Assembly (NCBI GenBank): GCA_963755775.1
Contig: CAVWKY010000004.1
Location: 42,483 to 106,482, forward strand
Origin: an uncultured Actinomycetes bacterium
Lineage (GTDB): Bacteria; Actinomycetota; Thermoleophilia; Solirubrobacterales; 70-9
Direction of reading: 5' to 3'
Length of the DNA stretch: 64,000 nucleotides
Both the position numbers and the translations under genes were made by a program. Shown in pieces: positions 18,601 to 28,791 of this stretch; positions within the stretch are counted from its first letter, which is position 1, and each line of letters starts with the position of its first letter. The notes under the pieces were generated by a model. It was not told the DNA's origin. It saw only the letters and a program-made list of their open reading frames with translations, and made no database searches.

Positions 18601-19346
18601 GCCAGGCTAGTCAACCCGATGAGCACCTGTACGCGCAGCTCGTCGGGCGTCTCGCCCGCCTCGACGAGCTCCGCCGCTTGCGCCAGCCAGTCCGCGCGCT
18701 TGTCGTCGGGCAGCGCGGCGACGAAGCTCATCGAGGCGACGTACGCGACGATCTGGTCCGGGTTCGTGGGCTGCGGGGTAGTCACCCGAATCTCCCGCGG
18801 TGAGGTCCATCCCCCCGCGGCGCGGACGGCCTCCTCCCACGGCGGCCCGTCGAAGTACGGGTGCTCGGGGCGCAGACGCTGGATCATCGTGCCGAGCTCA
18901 TGCGCCCACGACGCTCCGCTCCAGTCCGGAATCGTGGAGATCACGGCCAGGCCGCCGCCCGGCACCAGGACTCGGCGGATCTCGGCCAGCGCCTGTGCCT
19001 GATCAAACCAGTGGAACCCGTCGGCCACCGTGACCGCGTCAACCGACACGTCGGAAAGCGGAATCGCCTCCGCGACGCCCTCGCGCACGCGGTCGACGCC
19101 GATGCCCTCCGCGAGCCGCTCTCGCAGCGCAGCCTGTGGCTCGACGGCCACCACGTCGAAGCCCGCAGCAACCAGCGGTCTGGTGAGCTTTCCGGTTCCC
19201 GCCGCGAGGTCGAGCACCGGCGCGCCGGGCGAGATCCCGAGCTCGGCCGCCAGCGCGCCGACGACGGCCGGCGCGTACTCGGGCCTGCCGCGCTCATAGG
19301 CATCCGCGACCGAGGCGAATCGCGCGGCGAGGGGATGGAGCGCCAC
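18597..19346 (-). CDS. class I SAM-dependent methyltransferase
   Basis: 249-aa ORF with VLDLAAGTGKLTRPLVAAGFDVVAVEP and VLVPGGGLAV. Confidence 0.8.
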   Translation of the reverse strand: MALHPLAARFASVADAYERGRPEYAPAVVGALAAELGISPGAPVLDLAAGTGKLTRPLVAAGFDVVAVEPQAALRERLAEGIGVDRVREGVAEAIPLSDVSVDAVTVADGFHWFDQAQALAEIRRVLVPGGGLAVISTIPDWSGASWAHELGTMIQRLRPEHPYFDGPPWEEAVRAAGGWTSPREIRVTTPQPTNPDQIVAYVASMSFVAALPDDKRADWLAQAAELVEAGETPDELRVQVLIGLTSLA

Positions 19347-19368
19347 GCTTGCCAGCGTAGTCGCGGGG

Positions 19369-20541
19369 CTACCCCCGCCGCTTGGCCAGCGGTGACGGAA
19401 ACCGGGGCAGGACGCGTGTGCCGCCCAGCCACTCGGTCAGGCGTTGCGACTCCTGCTCGAGAGCTCGCGTTGCCTCCCCGCCGACGTCCTCCAGGAGCTG
19501 CAGGACGACCTCGCCGTCATCGCCTTGGAGCCAGCCGCCCACGATCCGTCCGTTCCACCACGCGGTGGGACCGGCATTCCCGCTCGTGTCGAATAGGTGC
19601 TCGCGGTGGGGGCCGAGGTACCAATCGCGCTCGAGCCATCCCATCGTGGTCGGATCCAGGGGTGGCAGGAGGGCGGCCCAGGGCTCGACCGCGTCGCTCA
19701 TCTCCAGGTCATCGGCCATCAGGTATCCCGTCTGCCCACCGATATCCACCTCGACCGCTTCGAGGTGGGCAAGCGCGCGACGCACGGCCCCGACGGTCGA
19801 TCCCAGCCACCACTTGAGGTCGGCCGCCGTCCCGGGCCCGAACGCGCGCAGCCAAAGCTCGACCAGTCCGGCCGTGGCCTCCGCTTCCGGTGACGTAGCG
19901 AGCTCCTCGCCCAGCCAGGACTTCATGGAGGTCCAACGAGGTCGAGACGTGGTCCACCGGCCGTCGTTCGACGCGCGGACGACTTCCCCACCCGCCGCGA
20001 GCGTCGTCAGCACCCGCGGCCCAACCGGCGCCTGGCCTCCCCAGGACCGCCCCTCGCCGTAAGTGATCGAGCCTTCGAGCAGGGGAATGTCGGCACGGAG
20101 TTCAGACGACGTCGCCTCGCGCCCGTCGGCCAGCGCTGCCATCACCGCCTTCGAAGCCTGGGACAGCCAGCGGCGACCGTTTCGGCGCAGCCCCGCCTTC
20201 TCGACGTCCCGGATCAGCCTGCGCCGCTCGCTTTCGGCGACCCGGTTGCTTGCGCCCGCCTGGGCGATGCCCATGGTCTCGCGCGGGAGCACGAAGAGGG
20301 TGCGCCGCATCGCGATGTGCTTTACGAGTGAGCGTTCGGCGTACAGGGCGCGGTCCAAATCGCCGATCTGCATGCCGTCGGCGCGCGCCCAAGCCGACAG
20401 GTACACCGTTGCGGGGTCGGTGCCATGCAGGCAGACCACGCTCCTGGCCGCATCCACGACATCGTTCGTCCGATGAGCCGGCGCCAACCGATGGCGGCGG
20501 GCCAGCCGGGCCCGACGTTCAGCGACCGTGATCTCCTGCAC
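19369..20541 (-). CDS. winged-helix DNA-binding protein, YcaQ/AlkZ-like (DUF1006)
   Basis: 390-aa ORF. The N-terminus is ITVAERRARLARRHRLAP...VVCLHGTDPATVYLSAWAR...SLVKHIAMRRTLFVLP. Confidence 0.65.
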   Translation of the reverse strand: MQEITVAERRARLARRHRLAPAHRTNDVVDAARSVVCLHGTDPATVYLSAWARADGMQIGDLDRALYAERSLVKHIAMRRTLFVLPRETMGIAQAGASNRVAESERRRLIRDVEKAGLRRNGRRWLSQASKAVMAALADGREATSSELRADIPLLEGSITYGEGRSWGGQAPVGPRVLTTLAAGGEVVRASNDGRWTTSRPRWTSMKSWLGEELATSPEAEATAGLVELWLRAFGPGTAADLKWWLGSTVGAVRRALAHLEAVEVDIGGQTGYLMADDLEMSDAVEPWAALLPPLDPTTMGWLERDWYLGPHREHLFDTSGNAGPTAWWNGRIVGGWLQGDDGEVVLQLLEDVGGEATRALEQESQRLTEWLGGTRVLPRFPSPLAKRRG

Positions 20542-20617
20542 TCCGGGATCCTGTCACCGCTGTCCTCGAGTGCGGACGATCACGCCCGGGGGCTGAGATC
20601 GAGTGCTGACGGCGCGC

Positions 20618-21160
20618 CTATTGGACTGCGGCGCCGTCTGGTTGGACCGCAAGCCAGACGCCGCCGAACTCCTCGACTCCGTGACATAGAAGCTGACCGC
20701 GCGGATCGTCGACGTAGTAATAGAGAGGGCGACCGTCGTAGGTCACCTGGGTCGAGCCGTCATCACGCTCGACGGTGCCGAGCAGCTTCGTCTGGGCGCC
20801 CGCGGCAGCCTGTGGCTTGCCGTCGGTGACTACCGGCGGCCACGCGGTCGCGCACCCTCCATAGCACTCGCTGCGCCCAGAGCGTTCTTTGTCGAAGAAG
20901 TAGATCGCGCGATCGTCACCGTCGAAGAGAACCTGGCCGAATTGGGAGTCGGCTGTGGCGATGGTCACGCCGGGCTCGCTCGCCCGATCAATTGCCTCAG
21001 TCTGCCCCGAGCTGGCCCTCTCCCCTTTCGCGTGGCGGTCGCTCTGCTCTTCGCTGACGCTGGAGCCAGCTTGACCCGCGCTCTCGTTTCCCTCATTCCC
21101 GCCGCAGGCGAAGAGAGCGAGAGAGGTAGAGAGGACGGCTATCGCCAGGGGTGGCCTCAC
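20618..21160 (-). CDS. secreted lipoprotein with COG4315-type repeat
   Basis: It has a lipobox (LALFACGG). FGQVLFDGDDRAIYFFDKE...CYGGCATAWPPV and TYDGRPLYYYVDD are also present. Confidence 0.65.
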   Translation of the reverse strand: MRPPLAIAVLSTSLALFACGGNEGNESAGQAGSSVSEEQSDRHAKGERASSGQTEAIDRASEPGVTIATADSQFGQVLFDGDDRAIYFFDKERSGRSECYGGCATAWPPVVTDGKPQAAAGAQTKLLGTVERDDGSTQVTYDGRPLYYYVDDPRGQLLCHGVEEFGGVWLAVQPDGAAVQ

Positions 21161-21327
21161 GCTTCAGATCCTTGATCCGCTTGCGGATGATTGAAGGGGA
21201 ATCTCCCAGGTGACCCTTAAGCGGACCTTTCCGCGACGACTCGGCTTGGTGGGAGGAGCGGTCAAACCTGCCTCCAATCGTTGGGTCGCGCGACGTCTGG
21301 GGCGATTTCCCGTCTAGCCTCCCAGCG

Positions 21328-21690
21328 ATGGCCGGTTCACGCGGATGGCGATACGCCGCGGCGGCGTTCTGGGTCGCGAACGGCCTGAACCATTTCCGGG
21401 CGCCGAAGTTCTACGAGGCGATCGTGCCGCCGCCGTTCGAGCGGTGGAGGAGCGAGGTCAACGCAGCCTCGGGCGCGGCCGAGCTGGTCGGCGGGCTGGC
21501 GGTGCTGCCCGACCGCACGCGCCCGGCGGCCCGCTGGTGGCTGCTGGCGACGCTTCTCGCCGTTTATTGGGCCAACCTGCACATGGCGTTACGACCCCAG
21601 AAGTTCCCGCGCGTCAAGCCGGTGCTCCTGTACGCGCGCCTGCCGGTGCAGGGACTGTTCGCCTGGCTCACCTGGCGCGGGACCGAGTAA
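21328..21690 (+). CDS. small integral membrane protein (DoxX-like?)
   Basis: 120-aa ORF with three or four hydrophobic segments. The family call is tentative. Confidence 0.45.
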   Translation: MAGSRGWRYAAAAFWVANGLNHFRAPKFYEAIVPPPFERWRSEVNAASGAAELVGGLAVLPDRTRPAARWWLLATLLAVYWANLHMALRPQKFPRVKPVLLYARLPVQGLFAWLTWRGTE

Positions 21691-21782
21691 GCGCTTCGGT
21701 CAGCGAGTGCATCACGGGCGACGCCTAGTCGAGGTGGGCTCAGGGGGTTCCTGTTCCCTCCCGGCACCTATTCTCGCGGGCG

Positions 21783-22673
21783 GTGGCGGCGATCGAGATC
21801 CAGGAGGTCAGCAAGCGCTTCGGGTCGGTCCAAGCTGTGGCCGACCTGTCGTTCACGGTCGAGGCGGGCCGGGTCACCGGCTTCCTCGGACCTAACGGGG
21901 CAGGGAAGAGCACAACGCTGCGAGTGCTCCTCGGCCTGGTCCGGGCCAACGCCGGCACGGCTGGGTTCGACGGTCGGCGCTACGAGCAACTCACACATCC
22001 AAGCGCCCACGTCGGCGCCGTGCTCGAACAGGGGAGCTTCCATCCGGGTCGCACCGGCCGCAACCATCTGCGAGTGCTCGCGGCGGCCGGCCGCCACCCC
22101 CCCAAACGAGTGTCTGAGGTGCTCGACCAGGTTGGCTTGACGGCGGCTGCAAACCGGCGGGTCAAGGGGTACTCGATGGGGATGCGCCAGCGACTCGCGA
22201 TCGCGGCAGCCTTGCTGGGGGAGCCCGACGTGCTCATCCTCGATGAGCCCACCAACGGGTTGGACCCACCGGGGATCCGCTGGATGCGCGACCTCCTGCG
22301 CTCGGAGGCAGGGCGAGGGCGGGCGGTGCTCGTATCGAGCCACCTGCTGTCCGAGGTGGCCCAGAGCGTGGATGACGTCGTGGTCATCGCCCGCGGCAGG
22401 CTCCGTGCCAGCGGTCCGCTCAGGAACGTGCTCGGGACATCGGACGGGCCCGTGACTCGTGTTCGCTCGACGGAGGCCGAGCGGCTCGCCGGCCTCCTGC
22501 GCGAGCGGGGCATCGCGTCGGAACCGCACGATTCCAATGCCCTTCTGGTGCGCGAAGCGCCCGAGATGGTGGGTGAGGTAGCGGCCGAGCATCGTGTTCC
22601 CCTGAGCGAGCTGGTCGCGGTCTCGCGTTCCCTGGAGGAGGCCTTCTTCGAGCTCACGGAGGGCGAGGCATGA
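21783..22673 (+). CDS. ABC transporter ATP-binding protein
   Basis: Walker A (GPNGAGKST), signature (YSMGMRQRL) and Walker B (LILDEPTNGLD). The stop overlaps the next gene's start. Confidence 0.9.
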   Translation: MAAIEIQEVSKRFGSVQAVADLSFTVEAGRVTGFLGPNGAGKSTTLRVLLGLVRANAGTAGFDGRRYEQLTHPSAHVGAVLEQGSFHPGRTGRNHLRVLAAAGRHPPKRVSEVLDQVGLTAAANRRVKGYSMGMRQRLAIAAALLGEPDVLILDEPTNGLDPPGIRWMRDLLRSEAGRGRAVLVSSHLLSEVAQSVDDVVVIARGRLRASGPLRNVLGTSDGPVTRVRSTEAERLAGLLRERGIASEPHDSNALLVREAPEMVGEVAAEHRVPLSELVAVSRSLEEAFFELTEGEA

Positions 22674-23410
22674 CAGCGGTGCTGCAGGCCGAGCTGTTGA
22701 AGCTCCGCACCACGCGCACGTTCGTCGCGCTCGCCGCCGTCGCCGTCGCCACCTCGGTGCTGATCGCGGGGCTCACCAGCTTGCTGTCGGAGCCGACCGA
22801 GAAGTCCGTGCTCACGGACGTGTTCACGTCCGACACCAGCAGCCTCTTCATCCTGATCCTGGCGATCGTTGGGATCAGCGGCGAGTGGCGGCACAAGACG
22901 ATCGCCAGCTCGCTGCTCGCCGCGCCCGACCGGGTACGGTTCCTCGCCGCCAAGACGCTCGCCTTCGCGGCGGCTGGGCTCGCACTCTCGCTGCTGATCG
23001 CGATCGCCGTCTCGATTACGGGCTTCACAGTGCTCTCGGCGCGCGACCTGCCTATCCCAGATGCCGGAGAACTGACCGCACAGGTCGGGCGCAACGCGAT
23101 CGTCGCGGCCATGCTGGGCGCATTCGGCGTGGGAATCGGCGGCCTGGTGCGAAACCAACCCGTCGCGATCGTGGGGGTTCTCCTCGCCTCCTTCGTCGTC
23201 GAGCCCGCGATTCTTGGACTCGCCCCTGATGTGGGCCGCTACGGTCCCTTCGTCGGCCTTCCGGTCGCCGTCCAGGACATCCCATCCTCCGATCTGGGCT
23301 TCGACGCCGCTCTGTTCTCCCCAGCGCTCGCGGGCCTTCTCATGCTGGCCTGGATCGGCGCCGCCTTCGCTGCCGGAGCCGCGCTGCTGCGACGGCGTGA
23401 CATCGAGTAG
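22670..23410 (+). CDS. ABC-2-type transporter permease
   Basis: 246-aa hydrophobic ORF, translationally coupled to the ATPase. Confidence 0.75.
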   Translation: MTAVLQAELLKLRTTRTFVALAAVAVATSVLIAGLTSLLSEPTEKSVLTDVFTSDTSSLFILILAIVGISGEWRHKTIASSLLAAPDRVRFLAAKTLAFAAAGLALSLLIAIAVSITGFTVLSARDLPIPDAGELTAQVGRNAIVAAMLGAFGVGIGGLVRNQPVAIVGVLLASFVVEPAILGLAPDVGRYGPFVGLPVAVQDIPSSDLGFDAALFSPALAGLLMLAWIGAAFAAGAALLRRRDIE

Positions 23411-23570
23411 GGGCGACGTCTGGGCCATCCGCCTCGTAAGGCGCGCCCGCGCTCGGAAGCGGGGCGTTTGAGGGAGTTGAGCCGGATGGTCTTAGGACCT
23501 AAGTCCCATTGCAACTCAGACCCGCCCTGTCCCAGACTTCCCGCGAACCATCTACCTGAGGAGTCACACG

Positions 23571-23954
23571 ATGTTCAACCCCCGCATTCTGCTGATCAGC
23601 TTGGCCATCGCCGCGGTCGCAGCCGTCGCACCCGCTGTCGCGTTGGGCAAGGACGGCGACGTCGAGCGCAACGGCACCTGCACGGGCAACGCCACCGCGA
23701 AGATCAAGCTCAGCCCGGAGAACGGCCGGATCGAAACCGAGTTCGAGGTCGACCAGAACCGCAACGGCGTGACCTGGGACGTCGTGATCCGCCGCAACGG
23801 GAACGTTGCAGTGAGGACCAGGGCCACGACGCGTCCGCCCAGCGGATCGTTCGAGGTCCGACGGGTGCTCGCAAATGGTCCCGGTCCTGACACGATCTCG
23901 GCGCGGGCGACCAGCCCCGGTGGCCAGGTCTGCACGGCACGCGCGACGATCTGA
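23571..23954 (+). CDS. small secreted protein, unknown function
   Basis: Signal peptide (MFNPRILLISLAIAAVAAVAPAVALG) followed by a roughly 100-aa mature part containing two Cys. Confidence 0.6.
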   Translation: MFNPRILLISLAIAAVAAVAPAVALGKDGDVERNGTCTGNATAKIKLSPENGRIETEFEVDQNRNGVTWDVVIRRNGNVAVRTRATTRPPSGSFEVRRVLANGPGPDTISARATSPGGQVCTARATI

Positions 23955-24018
23955 GCTCCGACAGTTCGCGCGATCACGCCTGCGCCGCTGAGGCGAGGGC
24001 GCCGATCGCACTCTGATC

Positions 24019-24050
24019 GAGAGAGGCCCTGGGTCACCAGGGTCTCTCTC
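24019..24050 (+). terminator. strong hairpin downstream of 23571..23954
   Basis: GAGAGAGGCCCTGG-GTCA-CCAGGGTCTCTCTC forms a 14-bp stem with one G-T pair and a 4-nt loop, followed by GTTCGTG. The T-tract is weak. Confidence 0.5.
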
Positions 24051-24096
24051 GTTCGTGATCCGGGACCCCGGCCGGCGGGGCGTAACGTGTTGCCGG

Positions 24097-24993
24097 ATGG
24101 CTGAGAGCACGGCGCGCGTCAACGGGCTCGAGATCGTCTACGAGCAGTTCGGGGATGGTGAGAACCCGGCTCTTCTCTTGATCATGGGCCTGGGCGTGCA
24201 GATGCTCGGATGGGATGCCGAGCTCTGCGAACAACTGGCCGAGCGGGGCTTCCATGTCGTCCGGTTCGACAACCGCGACGTCGGACGCTCGACGAAGATC
24301 GAAGGCGGACCCCCGGCCGATGTGGCGGCCGCGATCGCCGGCGATGTGAGCTCAGCGAGCTACACGCTCGACGACATGGTGGACGACTGCGCCGGCCTCC
24401 TCGATCATCTGGGCGTCCAGGCCGCGCACGTGGTGGGGGCCTCGCAGGGCGGGATGATCGCCCAGACGATGGCGCTTCGGTTCCCGCAGCGGGTGAAGTC
24501 GCTGGTCTCGATCATGTCGAGCACCGGAAACCGCGAGGTGGGGCTGCCTCATCCCGAGGCGATCCCCGCCTTGCTGACGAGGCCGCCGGCGGATCGTGAG
24601 GGGTTCATCGACTTCGCGGTCTCCGTGTGGCGCGTGATCGGTTCGCCGGGATTCGACTTGGACGAAGAGGGACTTCGAGGTCGGGCTGGGGCGAGCTGGG
24701 ACCGGGGCATCCATTCCGACGGCACCGCGCGGCAGCTCGTGGCGATCCTGGCGTCGGGCGACCGCACCGAAGCCCTGCGGCGCCTCGACCTGCCGACGGT
24801 CGTGATCCACGGGACCGATGATGCCCTGATCGACGTCTCCGGCGGGAAGGCGACAGCGGCGGCGATCCCCGGGGCAAAGCTCGTCCTGATCGAAGGGATG
24901 GGTCACGACCTGCCGCGCGTCCTTTGGCCCCGACTGATCGACCTGATCGTCGCCAACGCCGGGCGGGCCAAGATGCTCGAGACAGCTTCCTGA
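24097..24993 (+). CDS. alpha/beta hydrolase
   Basis: The start is the internal ATG (MAESTARVNGLEIVYEQFGD). It has LLIMGLG, the nucleophile elbow (VGASQGG) and a C-terminal GMGHDLP. Confidence 0.8.
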   Translation: MAESTARVNGLEIVYEQFGDGENPALLLIMGLGVQMLGWDAELCEQLAERGFHVVRFDNRDVGRSTKIEGGPPADVAAAIAGDVSSASYTLDDMVDDCAGLLDHLGVQAAHVVGASQGGMIAQTMALRFPQRVKSLVSIMSSTGNREVGLPHPEAIPALLTRPPADREGFIDFAVSVWRVIGSPGFDLDEEGLRGRAGASWDRGIHSDGTARQLVAILASGDRTEALRRLDLPTVVIHGTDDALIDVSGGKATAAAIPGAKLVLIEGMGHDLPRVLWPRLIDLIVANAGRAKMLETAS

Positions 24994-25044
24994 CCGGCCT
25001 GCTCCGTCGCAGAGGGCGTGCAACCCCGGATACGCTGAACCGCG

Positions 25045-26055
25045 ATGAGCGATAGCCAACGAGATTCCGGGATACCGCCCAGAGCTCCGATCGAGCGAGG
25101 CCCAGCCCGTGCGCCCTCGGTGCCCTCCCGGTTGCTGCAAACCGGAGCCCGCGGAGCTCGCAGGATGGCGCGCGTGACCGGCATCGACACGACGGCGGAA
25201 GCGCTTGCCGAGGAAACGGCAGTCCGCGCGATCGAGAGCCGTGCGGCGGAGCGCATTCTGTCGCGGGTCCTCCAGGGGCCGGGACTCGAGGAGGCGGTCG
25301 AGCAGGCGCTCAACAGCCCGGCGGTCGAGCGGGCACTGAACCAGGCGATCGAAAGCGAGATGACGGAACGGGTTTGGGCGCGGCTCTTGGCCAGCGACGA
25401 AGTCCAGAAGCTCGTTGAGCGAATCGCCGAGGCGCCAGAGGTTCGGAACGCGATCGCCGCGCAGGGAGTTGGATTTCTCGGCGACCTGGGCCGCGAGCTG
25501 GCCAGGGCGACGCGTCGCCTCGATGATGTCGTGGAGGGGTTCGCGCGGCGGTTGCTGCGAAGACCGCGGCGCCAGGGGCCGGTCGCACGCGCGGGCCTGG
25601 TCAGTCGCTCGGCGGCGCTGCTGCTGGACGGGGCGATCGTCAACGGGGGGTTCCTCGTCCTCTCCGCCGTGATCGCCCTGGTCGCTTCGGTGTTCATCGA
25701 TGGCGATCCCGCCGCCGCCCCCACGATCGCGATCGGGAGCGGCCTCTGGCTGATCGGCGGCGCCGGATATCTCGTCGTCTTTTGGGCTCTGGCGGGGCAA
25801 ACGCCGGGCATGCGCTTCCTTCGGATCTACCTCGAGGCCGACGGTGAACGACGGATCGGGACGCGCCGCGCGATCAGGCGACTATTCGGCGCCGTGCTGT
25901 CGGCCGCCGCGTTCGGCCTCGGTTTCCTCGCGGTGCTGACCGACGAGCGGCGCCGCGGGTGGCTGGATCGCATTGCCAGTACCGAGGTCGTCTACGGGAG
26001 CACCTCGCCGGTGTCCGCGCCTTGGGCGGGCCGCGACGAGCTCGACACAGGCTGA
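25045..26055 (+). CDS. RDD-family membrane protein with long N-terminal helical region
   Basis: The C-terminus reads SAALLLDGAIVNGG...GQTPGMRFLRIYLEADGERRIGTRRAIRRLFG...LTDERRRGWLDRIASTEVV. Confidence 0.65.
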   Translation: MSDSQRDSGIPPRAPIERGPARAPSVPSRLLQTGARGARRMARVTGIDTTAEALAEETAVRAIESRAAERILSRVLQGPGLEEAVEQALNSPAVERALNQAIESEMTERVWARLLASDEVQKLVERIAEAPEVRNAIAAQGVGFLGDLGRELARATRRLDDVVEGFARRLLRRPRRQGPVARAGLVSRSAALLLDGAIVNGGFLVLSAVIALVASVFIDGDPAAAPTIAIGSGLWLIGGAGYLVVFWALAGQTPGMRFLRIYLEADGERRIGTRRAIRRLFGAVLSAAAFGLGFLAVLTDERRRGWLDRIASTEVVYGSTSPVSAPWAGRDELDTG

Positions 26056-26156
26056 GACTGCCGCTCACCGTGGTGTACGCCTGCAAGAAAAGAACCTTCA
26101 GGCGGCATACCTACTAAGAGCTTTCAGACCGTATACCTACTTCCAGGTGGCCCGTT

Positions 26157-26185
26157 TTGACCGACCCTTTCTTCGGGTGTAGGTT
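26157..26185 (+). promoter_or_regulatory. sigma-70-type promoter of oxidase paralogue 1
   Basis: TTGACC (26157-26162), a 17-nt spacer, then TAGGTT (26180-26185). The same architecture occurs upstream of paralogue 2. Confidence 0.6.
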
Positions 26186-26266
26186 CGCGCAAAAGGGCCC
26201 TGAGGGCCCCACGACAGGGAAGCGAAGGGGGGTGCCCTGTCCAGTAGTAAGTCATCTGCCGCGCTG

Positions 26267-28700
26267 GTGCGCCGGAGTTCTACCGATGCGCCGCTGGGAA
26301 CCAGCAAGAACTGGCGAGCGCCTGCTCGGCGCGTTGCACTGCTGTTCGCGCTGACGCTCACGGTCCTCGCCACTCAGGCCGCTTCGGCTGCGTTCGCTCA
26401 CGAGGCCGTAACCACGGTCCAGGGCCACATGGAGGAGGACTCCGTTTCGCACGGCCCGGCCATGGAGCGGCGGCTCGAGCTGCGCACCAGCGCGACTACG
26501 GCCGCCGACGCCGAGGCGGCCGCGGCCGCGGTGAGCGGCAACGAGGGTCAGGTGGGGCAATGGGGCCCGGTCGAAGACTGGCCGGTCGTGGGCGTCCACG
26601 CGGCCCTGCTCGAGGACGGCAAGGTGCTCGCGTACGACTCGGTGGGAGACAACGCGAGCGAGACCTATCCGGTTCACGACCACACCCGCGCCACCGTGTG
26701 GGACCCAGCTACTGGAACGCAGACGCCGGTCACCGTGACCACGGGCTACAACATCTTCTGCAGCGGCCTGGCGCACCTCATGGACGGGTCCCTGTTCGTC
26801 GCCGGCGGGAACAAGAACGCGCAGCTCGACGGCATCGTCCAGACACATATCTTCGATTCGGACACCAACACGTGGAGCCTTGGGCCGAACATGGCGGCGG
26901 ACCGCTGGTACCCGACCGTGACTCCCCTGCGAAATGGGGAGATGCTGATCACGGAGGGCGGCCCGGACACCCCGGAGGTGCGCATGACCGACGGCGGCTT
27001 GCGCGCGCTCACCACGGCTTCGCTCAACCTGCCTCTCTACCCGTGGATCGACGTCGCCCCCGACGGGCGGGCCTTCTACTCGGGTCCTGACCCGACGATG
27101 CGAAGCCTCGACACCGCCGGGGGAGGCTCCTGGCAGAGCCTTGGCCAGCGTGACACGTTGCACCGCACGTACGGCAGCCACGTCTACTTCGACGTCGGCA
27201 AGGTCCTGATCGCGGGCGGAGCTGCATCGAGCAGGGATGCCCGAGTCATCGACCTGAATGGGGCCGCCCCGCAGGTCACTGCTCCCTCGCCGATGGAGTA
27301 CGGCCGCCGCCAGCACAACCTGACCGTGCTCGCGGATGGATCCGTGCTCGCCACAGGCGGCAACTCGTCCGGGCGCCCCGCTCGTGGACCTCGGGAACGG
27401 CGTGTATCCAGCCGAGCTGTGGGACCCCGATACCGGCGACTGGCAGACGCTGGCGGCGATGCAGGTGACCCGCCAGTACCACTCCGTAGCCCTCCTGCTG
27501 CCCGACGGGCGAGTGCTGTCCGCGGGTGGCGGCATCTGCGGCACGTGCGATCGGGTGGGCTACTTGGCCAAGAACGCCGAGGTGTTCTCCCCGCCCTACC
27601 TGTTCAAGAAGGACGGGTCAGGCGAGCTCGCGCCGCGGCCGGAGATCACCTCCGCTCCCGACGAGACGACATACGACTCCGACTTCTCCTTCTCCGTCCG
27701 GAACGCGGCTTCCATCAGGAAGGTGGCGTTGGTCCGGCTGGGCGCGGTCACCCACTCAGTGAACATGGAGCAGCGCTACGTGCCGCTCTCGTTCACCGCC
27801 AACGGCGAGACGATCAACGCCGTCGGGCCGGCGAACCCCAACATCGCGCCACCCGGCATCTACATGCTCTTCGCGATCAACGCCAACGGTGTTCCATCGG
27901 TGGCGAGGATGGTGCGGGTTGGCACCGAGCCGACGACGGCGATAACTGCCGGCCCTCGCGCGGGGACCAACGACCCGACTCCCACCTTTTCGCTCGCCTC
28001 GCAGCCGGGAGCGACCTTCGAGTGCAGGCTGGACTCCGGGTCGTATGCCCCCTGCGACTCGCCGACGACCACGTCCTACCTCGACGACGGCTCTCATACC
28101 TTCTCCGTTCGCGCTGTCAACCAGGCGGGGGAAGTCGACCCATCGCCCGCCTCGCGCAGCTTCACGGTGAAAACGGCCGAGGTCCGGGTCTCGGACTCCG
28201 CGCTCGTCGTGAGGGGTGCACCGGGAGCCAAGGATCACTTCGAGATCACTCGTCCTTCGTCGTCAACCCTGCGCGTGACGGATGTTGCCTCGGGGCCCTA
28301 CCGCGGCTCCGGGATCCGCGCGGGGCCTGGGTGTGTCCGTAACGCCGAGGCGGTTGACTGCGACGGATTCGGGATCACCCGGATCCGGGTCTTCTCCCAC
28401 GATCAGATCGACAAGGTGGTGAACGTCACCGGGGTCAAGAGCTCGCTCAACGGCGGGGCGGCGGAGGACGTGCTGGTCGGCGGCTCTGGGGACGACACGC
28501 TGAGGGGGGGAGCGGGTGCCGACATATTCAGGGGCATGAACGGCAACGATGAGCTCGTCGCCCGTGATCTCGCCTCGGACACGAGGATGAACTGCGACGG
28601 GCTGACCAGTCCCGGCAGCGCCGACAAGGCCGAGCTCGACGTACTACCGAACGACTCGGACCTGGCCGTCACCAACTGCGAGACCAAGATGCGGCACTGA
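26267..28700 (+). pseudogene. secreted copper-radical oxidase (galactose/glyoxal oxidase family) with DUF1929, Ig-like and RTX-type Ca-binding tail; one frameshift near 27372
   Basis: It is split between ORFs 26267..28342 and 27336..28700. Motifs align with galactose oxidase Cu/cofactor residues: NIFCSGLAHLMDGSLFVAGG, DRWYPTVTPL, RQYHSVALLLPDGRV and THSVNMEQRY. The tail has GGAAEDVLVGGSGDDTLRGGAGADIF. Compared with paralogue 2, tccgggCgccccg carries one extra base. The start is GTG 26267, or ATG 26286, which is out of frame. Confidence 0.8.
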
Positions 28701-28791
28701 GCCGAGCCGCGACTCCGATAGCCCGGCGGTTTCCAGCGCGTGCGATGTAGGCTTGCTGAGCACGGCCATCGGCGCGTTAGGAGGCGATTGA

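Noticed and set aside
21980-25800. Two 482-aa minus-strand ORFs (21980..23428 and 24352..25800)
   Set aside because: They are antisense to the ABC ATPase and permease genes, and to the alpha/beta-hydrolase and RDD genes, respectively. They have no motifs.
26190-26266. Known riboswitch in the oxidase leaders
   Set aside because: Hairpins are present, but I cannot match the sequence or structure to any riboswitch class I know. Part of the conservation is explained by the segmental duplication itself.
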